The position numbers and the translations under genes were made by a program. From sequence record NZ_CP124633.1: a stretch of 64,000 nucleotides of DNA; one strand, given 5' to 3'. Positions 1 to 9,174 of the stretch are shown piece after piece. The notes below the pieces were generated by a model that was given only the letters and a program-made list of their open reading frames with translations, searched no databases and was not told the origin of the DNA. Numbering within the stretch: the first letter of the stretch is position 1; the number at the start of each line of letters is the position of its first letter. Origin of the DNA: a plasmid.

Positions 1-1340
1 ATTGCATCTTGAGTCGCCGTATTCAGCCCCATGACTGGATCAAATGAAAGATGCGGTGATCCCGAACCATAGAAGGCATCAAGTATCGTACTGTCGATAT
101 ATCTGGCCAACTGAAACCAGAAGTCGACGAACATCATCGCAAAGAAGACGACCGTCATCGTCATGGCAACTTTCAGTTGATAGGTGCCGATGACCAGGAC
201 CATCGGAATGCAGATGACCATGGCCATCTTCAGGAACGACATCACCATCGGCAGCGCCTGGCGGACCATATCCATCGCTGGGAAGTAGGCCAGGCTGCCC
301 ATTGCCACTCCGAGGGTGCCTCCGGCACGAGCCAGTCCATTCCAGACGGTTCCGCCTACCTGCCCACCGTAATCGGTGTAGACGTTGCCCTTGACCTGGC
401 TGGAGGGTGAGATCACCTGGCGAATGACAGCCTCGGTCACCTCGTCCTGGTTCAGCCATTTCGCCCACTTGAGGAAGCTGGTCATCAGGTCCGGATCCAC
501 CTGGCCCTTGATCCGATCACGCAAACCAATCCCCGAGTCAGCCCACCACTGCTTGCAGGTTGGGTAGCCGCCACCACCGCCCACCCGAGGCAGGCCGGCA
601 TCGCGGGTGGCGTTGTAGGGCCACGACTGACGGGGACTCTTCGAATAGTCGGTGTCGTAGTACCCCGGGGTGTTCAACAAGAATCGGGAGCCGATCCAGT
701 TCAGGTCCTGCAGCGCCTTGTTGTCCTCGGCAACGGAGCCCAGGTCGGGTTGCCGCATGAACAGCCGCGCACGGGAAGGCCCGTAGCAGTCCCTGGAGAA
801 ATCAGCGATTTCTTGTGCCAGCAGCGGGTTGTTCACGCGCGTGTTGTCCACTTCCATTCGCATCTGCCGCAGATCCGTGCCGCACGGAATGGCCGCGACC
901 GCGCCGGCGGTGAAGCCCTTGGACAGAGCGTGCATCATCGCCCACCAGAGCGGCATCTGCGCACTCTTGCCGGCCAGGCTGCTGAAGGAACTCGACCAGC
1001 CGGTGTCCGCCGGTGCCGGCAGATTGTATTGGCACTGCTGGGCGCGGGCCTGGTCGAACTCGATGGTGTCGAAGCTCACGTTGACGACTGGGATCCCCGC
1101 CAGCGCGACCACGATGTAGCCGACGTAGATGTGCGTCTCGATGCGGGCCAGAGACAGCACGCCTTTGTTGCCCTCGTCGGCGCCTTCCCCGCGAACTTTC
1201 AGCCACTCACGCATCACAATGGCCACGAAGGGCACCGCGAACAGCCCTGTATCCGAGATCATGTTCCAGATCCCGTTGTTGATGATCCAACCGAGGAGGG
1301 TGAGGTAATACTCCAGGTAGTCATTGGTCATGAAGGTCAT
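1..1340 (-). CDS. Large polytopic membrane protein (TraG-like), partial: C-terminus runs off the left edge of the window.
   Basis: ATG at 1338-1340 overlaps the stop of the upstream gene (ATGA). Manual translation MTFMTNDYLEYYLTLLGWIINNG... stays open to position 1 with several hydrophobic segments. Not in the ORF track because it has no stop inside the window. Confidence 0.55.
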   Translation of the reverse strand, partial: MTFMTNDYLEYYLTLLGWIINNGIWNMISDTGLFAVPFVAIVMREWLKVRGEGADEGNKGVLSLARIETHIYVGYIVVALAGIPVVNVSFDTIEFDQARAQQCQYNLPAPADTGWSSSFSSLAGKSAQMPLWWAMMHALSKGFTAGAVAAIPCGTDLRQMRMEVDNTRVNNPLLAQEIADFSRDCYGPSRARLFMRQPDLGSVAEDNKALQDLNWIGSRFLLNTPGYYDTDYSKSPRQSWPYNATRDAGLPRVGGGGGYPTCKQWWADSGIGLRDRIKGQVDPDLMTSFLKWAKWLNQDEVTEAVIRQVISPSSQVKGNVYTDYGGQVGGTVWNGLARAGGTLGVAMGSLAYFPAMDMVRQALPMVMSFLKMAMVICIPMVLVIGTYQLKVAMTMTVVFFAMMFVDFWFQLARYIDSTILDAFYGSGSPHLSFDPVMGLNTATQDA

Positions 1341-1687
1341 GCTGCGCCTCCCGTGCGGAAGTGGGCTTTGCTGAATTCGATGAGCAGGACCAGCAACAGC
1401 ACCAGGACCTCGATCCGCCGAATGCGCTGCCGCTCATGCGCGCTCAGTTCCTTGCGCTGCTTGAGCCGGAACCAGGCGATGGCCAGGGCGCAGTACAGCA
1501 GCGCCCGCCAGGCGAACAAGCTCCAGTAGTTGCTTTGCCGCCAGGCCTCCAGGCCCTGGATGCCACCGAAGTGGTTCAGGGCGAAGAGGCTGAGCAGCGT
1601 ACCGAGCACTGCCAGGCCGATGACGATCAGCACTCCGACCAGTAGCTGACCGAGAAGCTTTCGGGTGGTGAGCGTATCTGCCATCAC
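1337..1687 (-). CDS. Small membrane protein of the ICE conjugation module.
   Basis: 116-aa ORF with two or three hydrophobic helices. ATGA overlap with the upstream gene at 1684-1687. Confidence 0.55.
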   Translation of the reverse strand: MMADTLTTRKLLGQLLVGVLIVIGLAVLGTLLSLFALNHFGGIQGLEAWRQSNYWSLFAWRALLYCALAIAWFRLKQRKELSAHERQRIRRIEVLVLLLVLLIEFSKAHFRTGGAA

Positions 1688-3066
1688 GGTCTCCCTCCCG
1701 ACTTGCCGCCGGCGGCAGAGGGGGCCTGCAGGCGATCGAGGCGATCAGCATCGGGCGCCGACTCGAACACGCCACTGGACCCTGAGGCGCGCTGTTGCCC
1801 GCGCTCGATGACCCGCATGGGCGAATTGCTGGCCAACTCGCGACGGAGTTCCAGTTCGGTCTTGAGGTTCGAGATCTCCTGCTGCAGGAGGCTGGTCTGC
1901 TGATCGACGGCTTGGGTGGCCAGGCCGTTGGCGGCGACGTTGGGCTCCTTGGCGCCGGCGAACATCAGGCGCTGCAACAACAGGGCCTTGCTGAGCACGT
2001 CCATCAGGGATACATCGGACGCCAGGCGGCGCGCCAGGACGTCCTGGTCACGCTCGTCGCGCAGCGCCTCGATGACGCCGCGGGTAATCGGCAAGGCATC
2101 GGTGCCGGCCGTAGCCAGGTTCTCGGCGGTCAGTGGCTTACTGTTCGACAGCAGCTCCTGCAGCGACTGGAGCTTCTTGTCGTAGGTCTCCTGGATCAGC
2201 GGGGTCAGGCCCACGCCTGCAGCCGTCACAGTCTTCTGGCAGCCTTCGCAGGTCTGTTGCTGTTGCTCCCCCAGTACCCGGGTGGCGAATGCGGCGGCTT
2301 CCTGGGGGGAGGACCAGGTGTTGCAGACCAGGCCGTTGTTACAACTGGCGGAAGGCACGTTCGACGAGTCATTCACCGAGCGGCTGGTCAACAGGTTGTA
2401 GCCCGCCCGTGTCACGTCGTTGACGATGCGAATGGGCTTCTGGCCGGAGCCGCCGGCCTTGTCTCCACCGACCCAGGTTACGCCATCGTTGCCGCCCTTC
2501 TTCTCCACCGCTTCGAGGGCGGATACGGCGTCTTTCCCGCCAGAGGCCAGCGTGGCGCCCAGGGCCTGGCCTTCGGCGATTTTCCCCCAGCCGGTCTGCT
2601 CGCCAGCGATGTCAGCCATCTTCTCGGCGATCGCTCTGCAAGTCCCTTTCGAGCGGTCGTAGTCGATTCGCGCCTGCAGGATGCCATTGGTGATCAGGTT
2701 GTAGAGCTGAGGGTTCGCGCGCTGGATGATCAACGCCGGTAGCGACATGACCGCGCCGGTCGCGTTCTGAATGACTGAGCCCATGATGTTCTGGAAGCCC
2801 TGTGTGGCACCGTTGAGCTGGTTCTCCAGGGTGGTGCTCAGGTTCATGTTTCCGCACATCATGTCGTTGTTCCAGCCGAAGCCGACGCCGATCGAGTCCA
2901 TCTGGCCGGCGCTGCCCATGCTCACCGCACTGCCGCCGCCAATGCTGTAGAGGACCTCGTCGCTGAGCACCGTGCCGGTCTTGGACACGTTGATCGGGTC
3001 GTCGGCCTGGGCAAGTTGCGCTGCGAGCAGCCACGTCAGCGCGACCGAGGTGATGTTCATTCGCAT
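1684..3066 (-). CDS. Secreted ICE protein (TIGR03755-like, PFL_47xx family).
   Basis: Start MRMNITSVALTWLLAAQLAQA at 3064-3066 (signal peptide). RBS GGAGACGAATC sits before the ATG. The 636-aa track ORF extends upstream of this start with Arg-rich junk. Position in the conserved conjugation operon supports the call. Confidence 0.7.
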   Translation of the reverse strand: MRMNITSVALTWLLAAQLAQADDPINVSKTGTVLSDEVLYSIGGGSAVSMGSAGQMDSIGVGFGWNNDMMCGNMNLSTTLENQLNGATQGFQNIMGSVIQNATGAVMSLPALIIQRANPQLYNLITNGILQARIDYDRSKGTCRAIAEKMADIAGEQTGWGKIAEGQALGATLASGGKDAVSALEAVEKKGGNDGVTWVGGDKAGGSGQKPIRIVNDVTRAGYNLLTSRSVNDSSNVPSASCNNGLVCNTWSSPQEAAAFATRVLGEQQQQTCEGCQKTVTAAGVGLTPLIQETYDKKLQSLQELLSNSKPLTAENLATAGTDALPITRGVIEALRDERDQDVLARRLASDVSLMDVLSKALLLQRLMFAGAKEPNVAANGLATQAVDQQTSLLQQEISNLKTELELRRELASNSPMRVIERGQQRASGSSGVFESAPDADRLDRLQAPSAAGGKSGGRP

Positions 3067-3083
3067 GATTCGTCTCCGTGTCC

Positions 3084-4022
3084 TTATTGGAAGTCGGTAC
3101 TGCCGAGGAAGATCTGCCCCTTGCGCTGGCAGCAGGAGTAGGGACGCCAGAGCGCCCAGGCGTAATTGCCGTCGACGGCCTGCGTCTTCGGCCCTGAGTT
3201 GGGAAACACCGCGCAGTTGAGGCTCAGGGACGGGGTCAGCTCCTGCCATTTCCCGGTCGAGGCATCGCCCTCTTTCAGCTCGCCCGCCGGCCAGTAGCCG
3301 TCCTTGGGTGCTGCGCGCATGGGGAGGTAGACGTGGAGCTGGCCGATTCGCGTGGTGATGTCGCCGGCGCGCTGGGCGATGACGGCCGCCGTCTTGTAGT
3401 CGTCGGTCTGGTGCAGGAATCCGCTGCGCGGATAGAGGTTCCCCCACATGTCGCCGGAGAAGATTCCCCCCACCTCGCGCAGTCCTGGGACCAACGCCTC
3501 GGGGTACACCTGCTCGGGAATTCCATGCCGCCAGCCAATGGCGTCCAGTGTGCTGAGGAAGTAGGGCACCAGCGGGAAGGTGGCGCCAGGGCAAACGTAC
3601 CCAGAGGCGCTGGCGAACCGGCTGAACGTGGCCCCGCCAGGATGGCCGATCACATCCGCTTCCTTGAAGCGGCCGATGCTGTTCTCGGCCTTGTAGTTGG
3701 TGGTCGCGTCATTGCCGGCCTGGGCTAGGGGATTCGGTGTGCCCAGCGCCGACACTTCCGTCCAGGGGTTGCTCCCGGTATTCGCATAGCTGGAGACGAC
3801 TGCGTCAGGCACGTAGTGGCGGACCTTGACCGACGTCTTCACCTTGCAGCCATGTGGGCCGCAGAGCAGCCAGTAGCAGATCCCGACGACCTTGTATTCG
3901 AGGCACTGGGGCGAAAGGGTGGAGGAGACGATGGCGGCGCTGTTGATCGCGGCCGAGGCCGTGAACGAGAGGCTGAAGGTGGCGGCCGCCGCTGCCAGGC
4001 GGCGGAGGTTGAGGCTGGTCAT
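3084..4022 (-). CDS. Secreted ICE protein (TIGR03756-like).
   Basis: 312 aa with N-terminal signal peptide MTSLNLRRLAAAAATFSLSFTASA. ATGA overlap with the upstream gene at 4020-4022. Conserved gene order. Confidence 0.65.
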   Translation of the reverse strand: MTSLNLRRLAAAAATFSLSFTASAAINSAAIVSSTLSPQCLEYKVVGICYWLLCGPHGCKVKTSVKVRHYVPDAVVSSYANTGSNPWTEVSALGTPNPLAQAGNDATTNYKAENSIGRFKEADVIGHPGGATFSRFASASGYVCPGATFPLVPYFLSTLDAIGWRHGIPEQVYPEALVPGLREVGGIFSGDMWGNLYPRSGFLHQTDDYKTAAVIAQRAGDITTRIGQLHVYLPMRAAPKDGYWPAGELKEGDASTGKWQELTPSLSLNCAVFPNSGPKTQAVDGNYAWALWRPYSCCQRKGQIFLGSTDFQ

Positions 4023-4498
4023 CAGCGCGACCTCCTGGCCTTGGCGATCAGCTCAAGCGCGCGCGGTACATCCGGCTCGCCGTAGACCACGTACTGCCTG
4101 TCGACTACCACGGCAGGGATCTTCTCGACACCGAGACTCCACGCATCGGCGACGTCTTGTTGTGCCTTAACCAGTTCTGCCTGCAGGCGTCGCCCCGCAG
4201 GGCTTTGTAGTAACTGCTGAAATGCTGCCTGAGCTTGTTGAGGATCCTTGGGTAGAGCGTCAGTCAGCTGCTCCTCAAGGTGCTGCTGGGCATCCAGGAG
4301 CAGGACTCGCGATGATCCGGTGGCGGTGACCGGATGAGCCTTGTCGGTGATGACCCAGGTTTCGGCCTGGCTCGCGCCGCTCAGCAGTACCAGTAGTAAG
4401 CCAACGACCAGCGTTTGTGGCCGCCAGCCAGGGGAGAGTGATGAAGAGGCATGGGTCTGTACCGGTTCGAGGAAGGTACAGACAGCAGACAGGATCAC
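4022..4498 (-). CDS. ICE protein (TIGR03757-like); start uncertain.
   Basis: ORF begins with GTG at 4496-4498 and a weak RBS. A signal-peptide-like segment TLVVGLLLVLLSGASQA follows. Stop overlaps the downstream start. Confidence 0.5.
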   Translation of the reverse strand: MILSAVCTFLEPVQTHASSSLSPGWRPQTLVVGLLLVLLSGASQAETWVITDKAHPVTATGSSRVLLLDAQQHLEEQLTDALPKDPQQAQAAFQQLLQSPAGRRLQAELVKAQQDVADAWSLGVEKIPAVVVDRQYVVYGEPDVPRALELIAKARRSR

Positions 4499-4660
4499 TT
4501 CCGATGGGGCAGCAGGAAATCATCAACTCGTAGGTGGTGTATTTTTTCGAGCCATGATCGAGCGCTGCTGCGTACATAAGTAGGGGGGACGCCTGCATGT
4601 CCTGGGTAGCATAATTCCTGTATGTAGCTGGCTTACTGATATTAAGGAGTGGTCGAAGTC

Positions 4661-4879
4661 ATGGAGCGCTTGCTCGAGAGCATTTACATCAATGCTCGGC
4701 CGGCAATGGAGTTGAGGCTTAGCCTCACCAGCTCCGGCCGCAAGAGAATTGTAAAGATTGTGGATGGGGAGGAGGTCGAGGTTCTGCCAGGTGAAGTGCA
4801 GGGCATCCTGGAGGCCCAAAAGAGGGATGTTGGAATCCTCGCTGATTTCTTAGCCAAGAGTCTCTTGGCGCGACGCTAG
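4661..4879 (+). CDS. Small hypothetical protein (72 aa) in a ~380-bp AT-rich insert between conserved ICE genes.
   Basis: AAGGAG RBS 11 nt before ATG 4661. The ORF track starts at a GTG at 4649 that is too close to the RBS. Convergent with the DsbA-like gene, with stop codons overlapping by 4 nt. Local GC is low. Confidence 0.4.
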   Translation: MERLLESIYINARPAMELRLSLTSSGRKRIVKIVDGEEVEVLPGEVQGILEAQKRDVGILADFLAKSLLARR

Positions 4880-5535
4880 TGATCCTTGGCTAGCCAGTCT
4901 ATCGCCGACAGCAAGGTGGTTTCGTCGGCCATGCCCTCCAGCTTCACGCTTCGTTTCGTCTGGTTGTCTTGGATGACGAGGGTCGGGGTCGCTGTAATGC
5001 CCTTCGACCGTGCAATGTCGATGTCCGACTTGATGGATGAGTCAACCAGCTCGTTGTCTTTCGCACATTTCTCCAGTCGAGCCTGGTCCAGTTCAGGAAA
5101 GTCCAATGTGCCGCCAGCCAGCCCGCCCCCGTTGCCGGCCGACTGAGCGAAGATCGCATCGATAGCGCTCCAGAAGGCTTTGGCGCCGCCTTGGATCCCC
5201 GCGCACTCCACCAGGCGAGCCTGGTGGCGGGCCGCCTCGCCATGCATCTGCAGGGGAAGATGCCGCCAAACCAGGTTCACGTCCGGATGGCTGTCTACCC
5301 AGCGCTTCAGTCGTGGGGTGTAGACCTTGCAGAAGGGGCACTCCAGGTCGGCGTATTCATTGATCGTCCAGCGCGCCTTCGCATCGCCGTAGAGGCTGTG
5401 GTTGGCTGGTAGACCCTTCACCAGAAGCTCGACCCCTAGGGCGGAGACAGCCAGCAAGACCAGCAGCAGCCCCGCCCAGGGCAGGGCGGGACCTTGAAAT
5501 CGTTTCGCTGCCCAGCCGCCCTTCAACAGTCTCAC
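4876..5535 (-). CDS. Thioredoxin-fold thiol:disulfide interchange protein (DsbA/DsbC-like) of the ICE.
   Basis: CPFC active-site motif, N-terminal signal/TM segment, ATGA coupling to the upstream gene. Confidence 0.75.
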   Translation of the reverse strand: MRLLKGGWAAKRFQGPALPWAGLLLVLLAVSALGVELLVKGLPANHSLYGDAKARWTINEYADLECPFCKVYTPRLKRWVDSHPDVNLVWRHLPLQMHGEAARHQARLVECAGIQGGAKAFWSAIDAIFAQSAGNGGGLAGGTLDFPELDQARLEKCAKDNELVDSSIKSDIDIARSKGITATPTLVIQDNQTKRSVKLEGMADETTLLSAIDWLAKDH

Positions 5536-5816
5536 GCTTGCCTCCGCTGTAGGACTTCCGCACGGTCCACGGCCTCGATGAGCGCCTGTTGGGCCGTATC
5601 AGGCTGTGGATGCTGTTGCAGCCATTCATCCAGGAGCTGCTTTATCTGCGGGACTATGTCCCGGCGATCGACCGCCCTCAGTTGAATCTGCTGCAGCTCC
5701 TCGATCAGTACAGGAGCGCATATCCTGAGCGTCTGCAGGGCATCTTCTTCGGGGTTCTGCAGGATCTGGGTCAGGTTGTCGATCAGGTTCTGGGTCAGCG
5801 AATTCAGAGCTCTCAT
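5532..5816 (-). CDS. Small hypothetical protein (94 aa).
   Basis: ATG at 5814-5816 overlaps the TraC-like stop as ATGA. The track ORF starts 4 codons upstream at a GTG. Acidic, helical sequence. Confidence 0.5.
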   Translation of the reverse strand: MRALNSLTQNLIDNLTQILQNPEEDALQTLRICAPVLIEELQQIQLRAVDRRDIVPQIKQLLDEWLQQHPQPDTAQQALIEAVDRAEVLQRRQA

Positions 5817-8755
5817 TCGTCCTGGCACTCCACTGCCGGTTGGTCTGGGAAATTAATTGGGAAGGGCGGCAGGCCGCGCGCCTTGTCGAGATCCGCTGCG
5901 ACCTGCAAGGCCGCCTCGAGCTCGTCGCAGCCGGTGGCTTGCATGATGTTGTAGCGCTGGTTCTTTTCTTCGTTTTCGGTCATGGCCAGGGCCAGGTAGA
6001 GACTCGGGGGAACCACACGGAAGAGGTACTCCTTGCCCTTGGCCAGGAGCACGCCCTCGGTGAATTTGCCGCTTTCCTTGCGGGCCGAGAGCATCATCGA
6101 CTTCTGCGCCGGCGACAGCTCGCGGAACCTGGAGATCTTCTCTACCTCGTCTGGGGGCATGTTCAGGCACAACCACCACTCGATCATGTTCAGCATCGGC
6201 GCCCCGGAGGCTGGGATGTCGTCGATGTTCTGGGTGGCGAGCCAGAACCAGGCGCCCAGTTTCCGCCACATCTTGGTGATCTTCATGGCGTAGGGCAGCA
6301 GCAGCGGGTGCTTGGTGATGATGTGTCCCTCATCGGTGATCTTGACGATGGGCCGGCCCTTGAATTGGTCGCGTTCGGCGATGTTGTTTACGGTGTTCAG
6401 CAGCGAGATGTAGGCGATCCCGAGCTGGGCGGCGTAGCCTTCGCGCGCGTAAGTCGCGAAATCCACCACGGTGAGGTCGGCTTCAGGCCAGGGCGTGCCT
6501 TTGCGATTGAACATCTCGCCGTCGGCGCCCATGCAGAACATCTGCATGGCTTCCGCCATTTCGGCCAGGCGCGCGCGCCGTTCTGGCGCGGAGCCATCGC
6601 TCCTGGAGGCCTCGTAGAGCGCATCGCGCACGTCCTGGGTGAGCACCGTGCGGTTCGCGGCGGCGCAGGTCCTGGCCGCCGCCAGAATCGCCTGGCGGAT
6701 GGCGCTGCGATCGGCACGGGTCAGGCGCGCGTCTTCCTTCTCTTCGCCGCCGGTGATCATCAGGCGCGCGACGATCTCCATCTCGCCGAGGATGTCTCGT
6801 TGATCGTCCTCGAGGTCGGCCTTGCTGCCCTGGACCGAGTCCGAGGCCTCGATGTCTTCGGCATCCAGGACCTTCACCTGGTCGGGACTCTCGACCAGCT
6901 TGATGGCGTCCGCGAACGGCGCCAGGCTGACGCCGGAGCCCGGGGCGAGGCGGACACGGTGGACCGAGAGGCCAAACCGCTTGGCGAAGTCGGCCAGCAG
7001 GCCGAAGCTGTTGCCCGCTTCCGCGACGAACATCCGTGGCAGGTACATGGCGAGCATCTGGCTGATGAGGTTGGTCAGGGACGCTGACTTGCCGGACCCG
7101 GTTGGGCCGAAGATGAAGCCGTGGGCATTCATCTGCCGGTCCAGCTTGTTGAACGGGTCGAAGGTCAACGGCGCGCCGCCACGGTTGAACAGCGTGAAGC
7201 CGGGGTGTCCGGTACCGGTGGTGCGCCCCCAGATGGGCGACAGGTTGGCGATGTGCTGCGCGAACATCATCTGGGTGTACCACTCCAGGGCTCGCTTTTC
7301 GTTCGGATCGAAATTGCAGGGCAGCCAGCGCAGGTAGCTGTTCAGCGGTCCCACTTCGTTCTGCGGTTCGACCGGCACCAGGCCGGCGCCGAGCAGCACG
7401 TTGCTCAGGGTGATGCAGCGCTCCTCCAACTGGGTATGGTCGCGGCCGCGCACGAACAGAGCGATCGAACCGCGATAGAGCTTGTGCTCCCGGCCGATCA
7501 GGCGGCGAACGGTGGCCACGTCCTCGCGGGTGTGGATCGAGGCCTGGTTGTCACCAACGGCCTTTTTCGAGAGCTGCTGCAGATGCCCTTCCAGCATGTC
7601 CTGCGGCGTCACCACCATGGTGATACACAGCAGCGTATCCTCGGGCATGCGATCGAACAGGGCGTTCAGGCCATCACCCTTGAGCGTCTCGCCGGTGAAA
7701 TGCCCTGTCAGCGGCGCCTTGTTCAACTGGTCGACCACGATCACTCGGTGTGGCATGGCATCGAACAGCCATACGCCCTGGGTGGCATCGGAAACAGGCT
7801 GCCGATAGAACAGGTTCTGGGAGAAGTCGGTGCCGTCGGCCAGCGGCAAGTCATCCTGCAGGATCGGTTCGTCCGGCCGGCATACCAGTTCGTAGAAGCG
7901 ACGTAGATCCGCATCGGTCTTGCCGAGGTGATCCGGGTGCGGGTTGAACCAGCGGATCAACCAGTTCCTGATCTCCTGTCCGCCCATGCGCGAAGCGACG
8001 ATGCCGGCGTTCGCCAGGCCGCCTTGGATACGCTCGCAGATGGACTTCAGGTACGCCGCCGGGTCCTGTCCGCGAATCTGCGCATCCGCCTTGCGGATCC
8101 GGCGGTAGACGACCATCCGCACGCGCCGCTGTTGTCCTCGCCAGGGCAGCTTGCTGACGGCGGTGTCGACGAACAGTCCGCCCGGCTTCGAAATGCCCTC
8201 CAGGTGATGCTTCATGAGCGCCAGGTACATCTCGCTGAAGGCTGATCCTCGCGCTCGAGGATGGACGTACTGCCTCAACTGCTCCTGGAAATTGTCCCAG
8301 CTGATCTCGTCCTGGGCGTAGAACTGGACGATCCAGGGCGAGGTTTCGTGCTCGTCGAAGGAGTTCTGCAGGGCTTCTTTCAATGCGTCCCGGGCGTTCT
8401 GCATCCAATTGGGATCGCGACCCTCGGTGCCCAAGGGCACCAGCTCGAAGAAGACGGCACGCGAACGTCCATCTTCCAGGAGCATCACCTGTTCGTCGGG
8501 CAGGTACTCGGCCCAGGGCAGCAGGTCGACGAACGATGGGTCGTGATCGTAGAGGCGTGACGCTTCAGCCTGCGTGGCGCCATTCTTGCTCCCGGTGTTG
8601 GGTAAAGGGATACCCATGGCGGCCAGTCGCGCCAGATAGCGCTCAGTCGCTTCTTCCACGGCCGCTACGTCCAGCGCTCCTGAATCTTCGGGAGCGTCTG
8701 CCGGTACCGACTGAGGCTGTGTGCGACCGCGCAGAAGGGTTTGAAAAAGGCCCAT
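5813..8755 (-). CDS. Conjugative transfer ATPase (TraC/VirB4-like, ICE PFL_4706-type).
   Basis: 981 aa starting MGLFQTLLRG at 8753-8755 with RBS GGAGGACTACTG. Walker A GPTGSGKS. The 1175-aa track ORF carries a spurious Arg/Pro-rich N-terminal extension. Confidence 0.9.
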   Translation of the reverse strand: MGLFQTLLRGRTQPQSVPADAPEDSGALDVAAVEEATERYLARLAAMGIPLPNTGSKNGATQAEASRLYDHDPSFVDLLPWAEYLPDEQVMLLEDGRSRAVFFELVPLGTEGRDPNWMQNARDALKEALQNSFDEHETSPWIVQFYAQDEISWDNFQEQLRQYVHPRARGSAFSEMYLALMKHHLEGISKPGGLFVDTAVSKLPWRGQQRRVRMVVYRRIRKADAQIRGQDPAAYLKSICERIQGGLANAGIVASRMGGQEIRNWLIRWFNPHPDHLGKTDADLRRFYELVCRPDEPILQDDLPLADGTDFSQNLFYRQPVSDATQGVWLFDAMPHRVIVVDQLNKAPLTGHFTGETLKGDGLNALFDRMPEDTLLCITMVVTPQDMLEGHLQQLSKKAVGDNQASIHTREDVATVRRLIGREHKLYRGSIALFVRGRDHTQLEERCITLSNVLLGAGLVPVEPQNEVGPLNSYLRWLPCNFDPNEKRALEWYTQMMFAQHIANLSPIWGRTTGTGHPGFTLFNRGGAPLTFDPFNKLDRQMNAHGFIFGPTGSGKSASLTNLISQMLAMYLPRMFVAEAGNSFGLLADFAKRFGLSVHRVRLAPGSGVSLAPFADAIKLVESPDQVKVLDAEDIEASDSVQGSKADLEDDQRDILGEMEIVARLMITGGEEKEDARLTRADRSAIRQAILAAARTCAAANRTVLTQDVRDALYEASRSDGSAPERRARLAEMAEAMQMFCMGADGEMFNRKGTPWPEADLTVVDFATYAREGYAAQLGIAYISLLNTVNNIAERDQFKGRPIVKITDEGHIITKHPLLLPYAMKITKMWRKLGAWFWLATQNIDDIPASGAPMLNMIEWWLCLNMPPDEVEKISRFRELSPAQKSMMLSARKESGKFTEGVLLAKGKEYLFRVVPPSLYLALAMTENEEKNQRYNIMQATGCDELEAALQVAADLDKARGLPPFPINFPDQPAVECQDE

Positions 8756-9174
8756 CAGTAGTCCTCCGTGCGCTCGCCCGGCATGGCGTACTGGACTCGC
8801 TGGTAGAAGGGGAACACGGTGGTATAGCCCGGTACCGGGGCGGGATCGCTGCCGGCTAGGTGCGGGAACACATACATGACCAGGTCGGGATTGGGCAGTC
8901 GTTTGAACTGGCTGTGGATCTCGTTGCTGGCCGTGCGGGTGTAGTCGGCCTGGTCGTTCGCGGAGGCAACCTGCTGCGGATTGATCGGGCGCCGCAGCGT
9001 TTGCCTGGCATCGAGGAGTAGCCGGCCACGGCTGTTGCCTATCGAGCTGGTTGCACCTTGTTCCCAGACGTCGAGCATGTTGGCCTCGCCGTGGGGCAGC
9101 ATCTCCTCCTTGCTGGTGGAGCACGCTGCCAGGGTTAGCGCGCAGGCCAGGCCGGCGCAGAGACGAAGAAGGGG
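8755..9174 (-). CDS. Conjugal-transfer lipoprotein (TIGR03751-like) with no canonical start codon.
   Basis: Signal peptide and lipobox PLLRLCAGLACALTLAACS are encoded in frame immediately after the TAA stop (9175-9177) of the upstream gene. No ATG, GTG or TTG lies before the ATG at 9100-9102. That ATG has GGAGG only 2 nt upstream. ATGA overlap with the TraC-like start. Confidence 0.5.
   Translation of the reverse strand, partial: PLLRLCAGLACALTLAACSTSKEEMLPHGEANMLDVWEQGATSSIGNSRGRLLLDARQTLRRPINPQQVASANDQADYTRTASNEIHSQFKRLPNPDLVMYVFPHLAGSDPAPVPGYTTVFPFYQRVQYAMPGERTEDY

Noticed and set aside
750-1529. 259-aa plus-strand ORF, and many similar plus-strand ORFs (5840..7087, 28248..28940, 29836..31542, 41997..43133, 46334..47800, 48413..49114, 37444..38448)
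   Set aside because: They lie antisense to strongly supported minus-strand genes. Their composition is Arg/His/Gly-rich, typical of spurious open frames in 63-65% GC DNA. They have no RBS.
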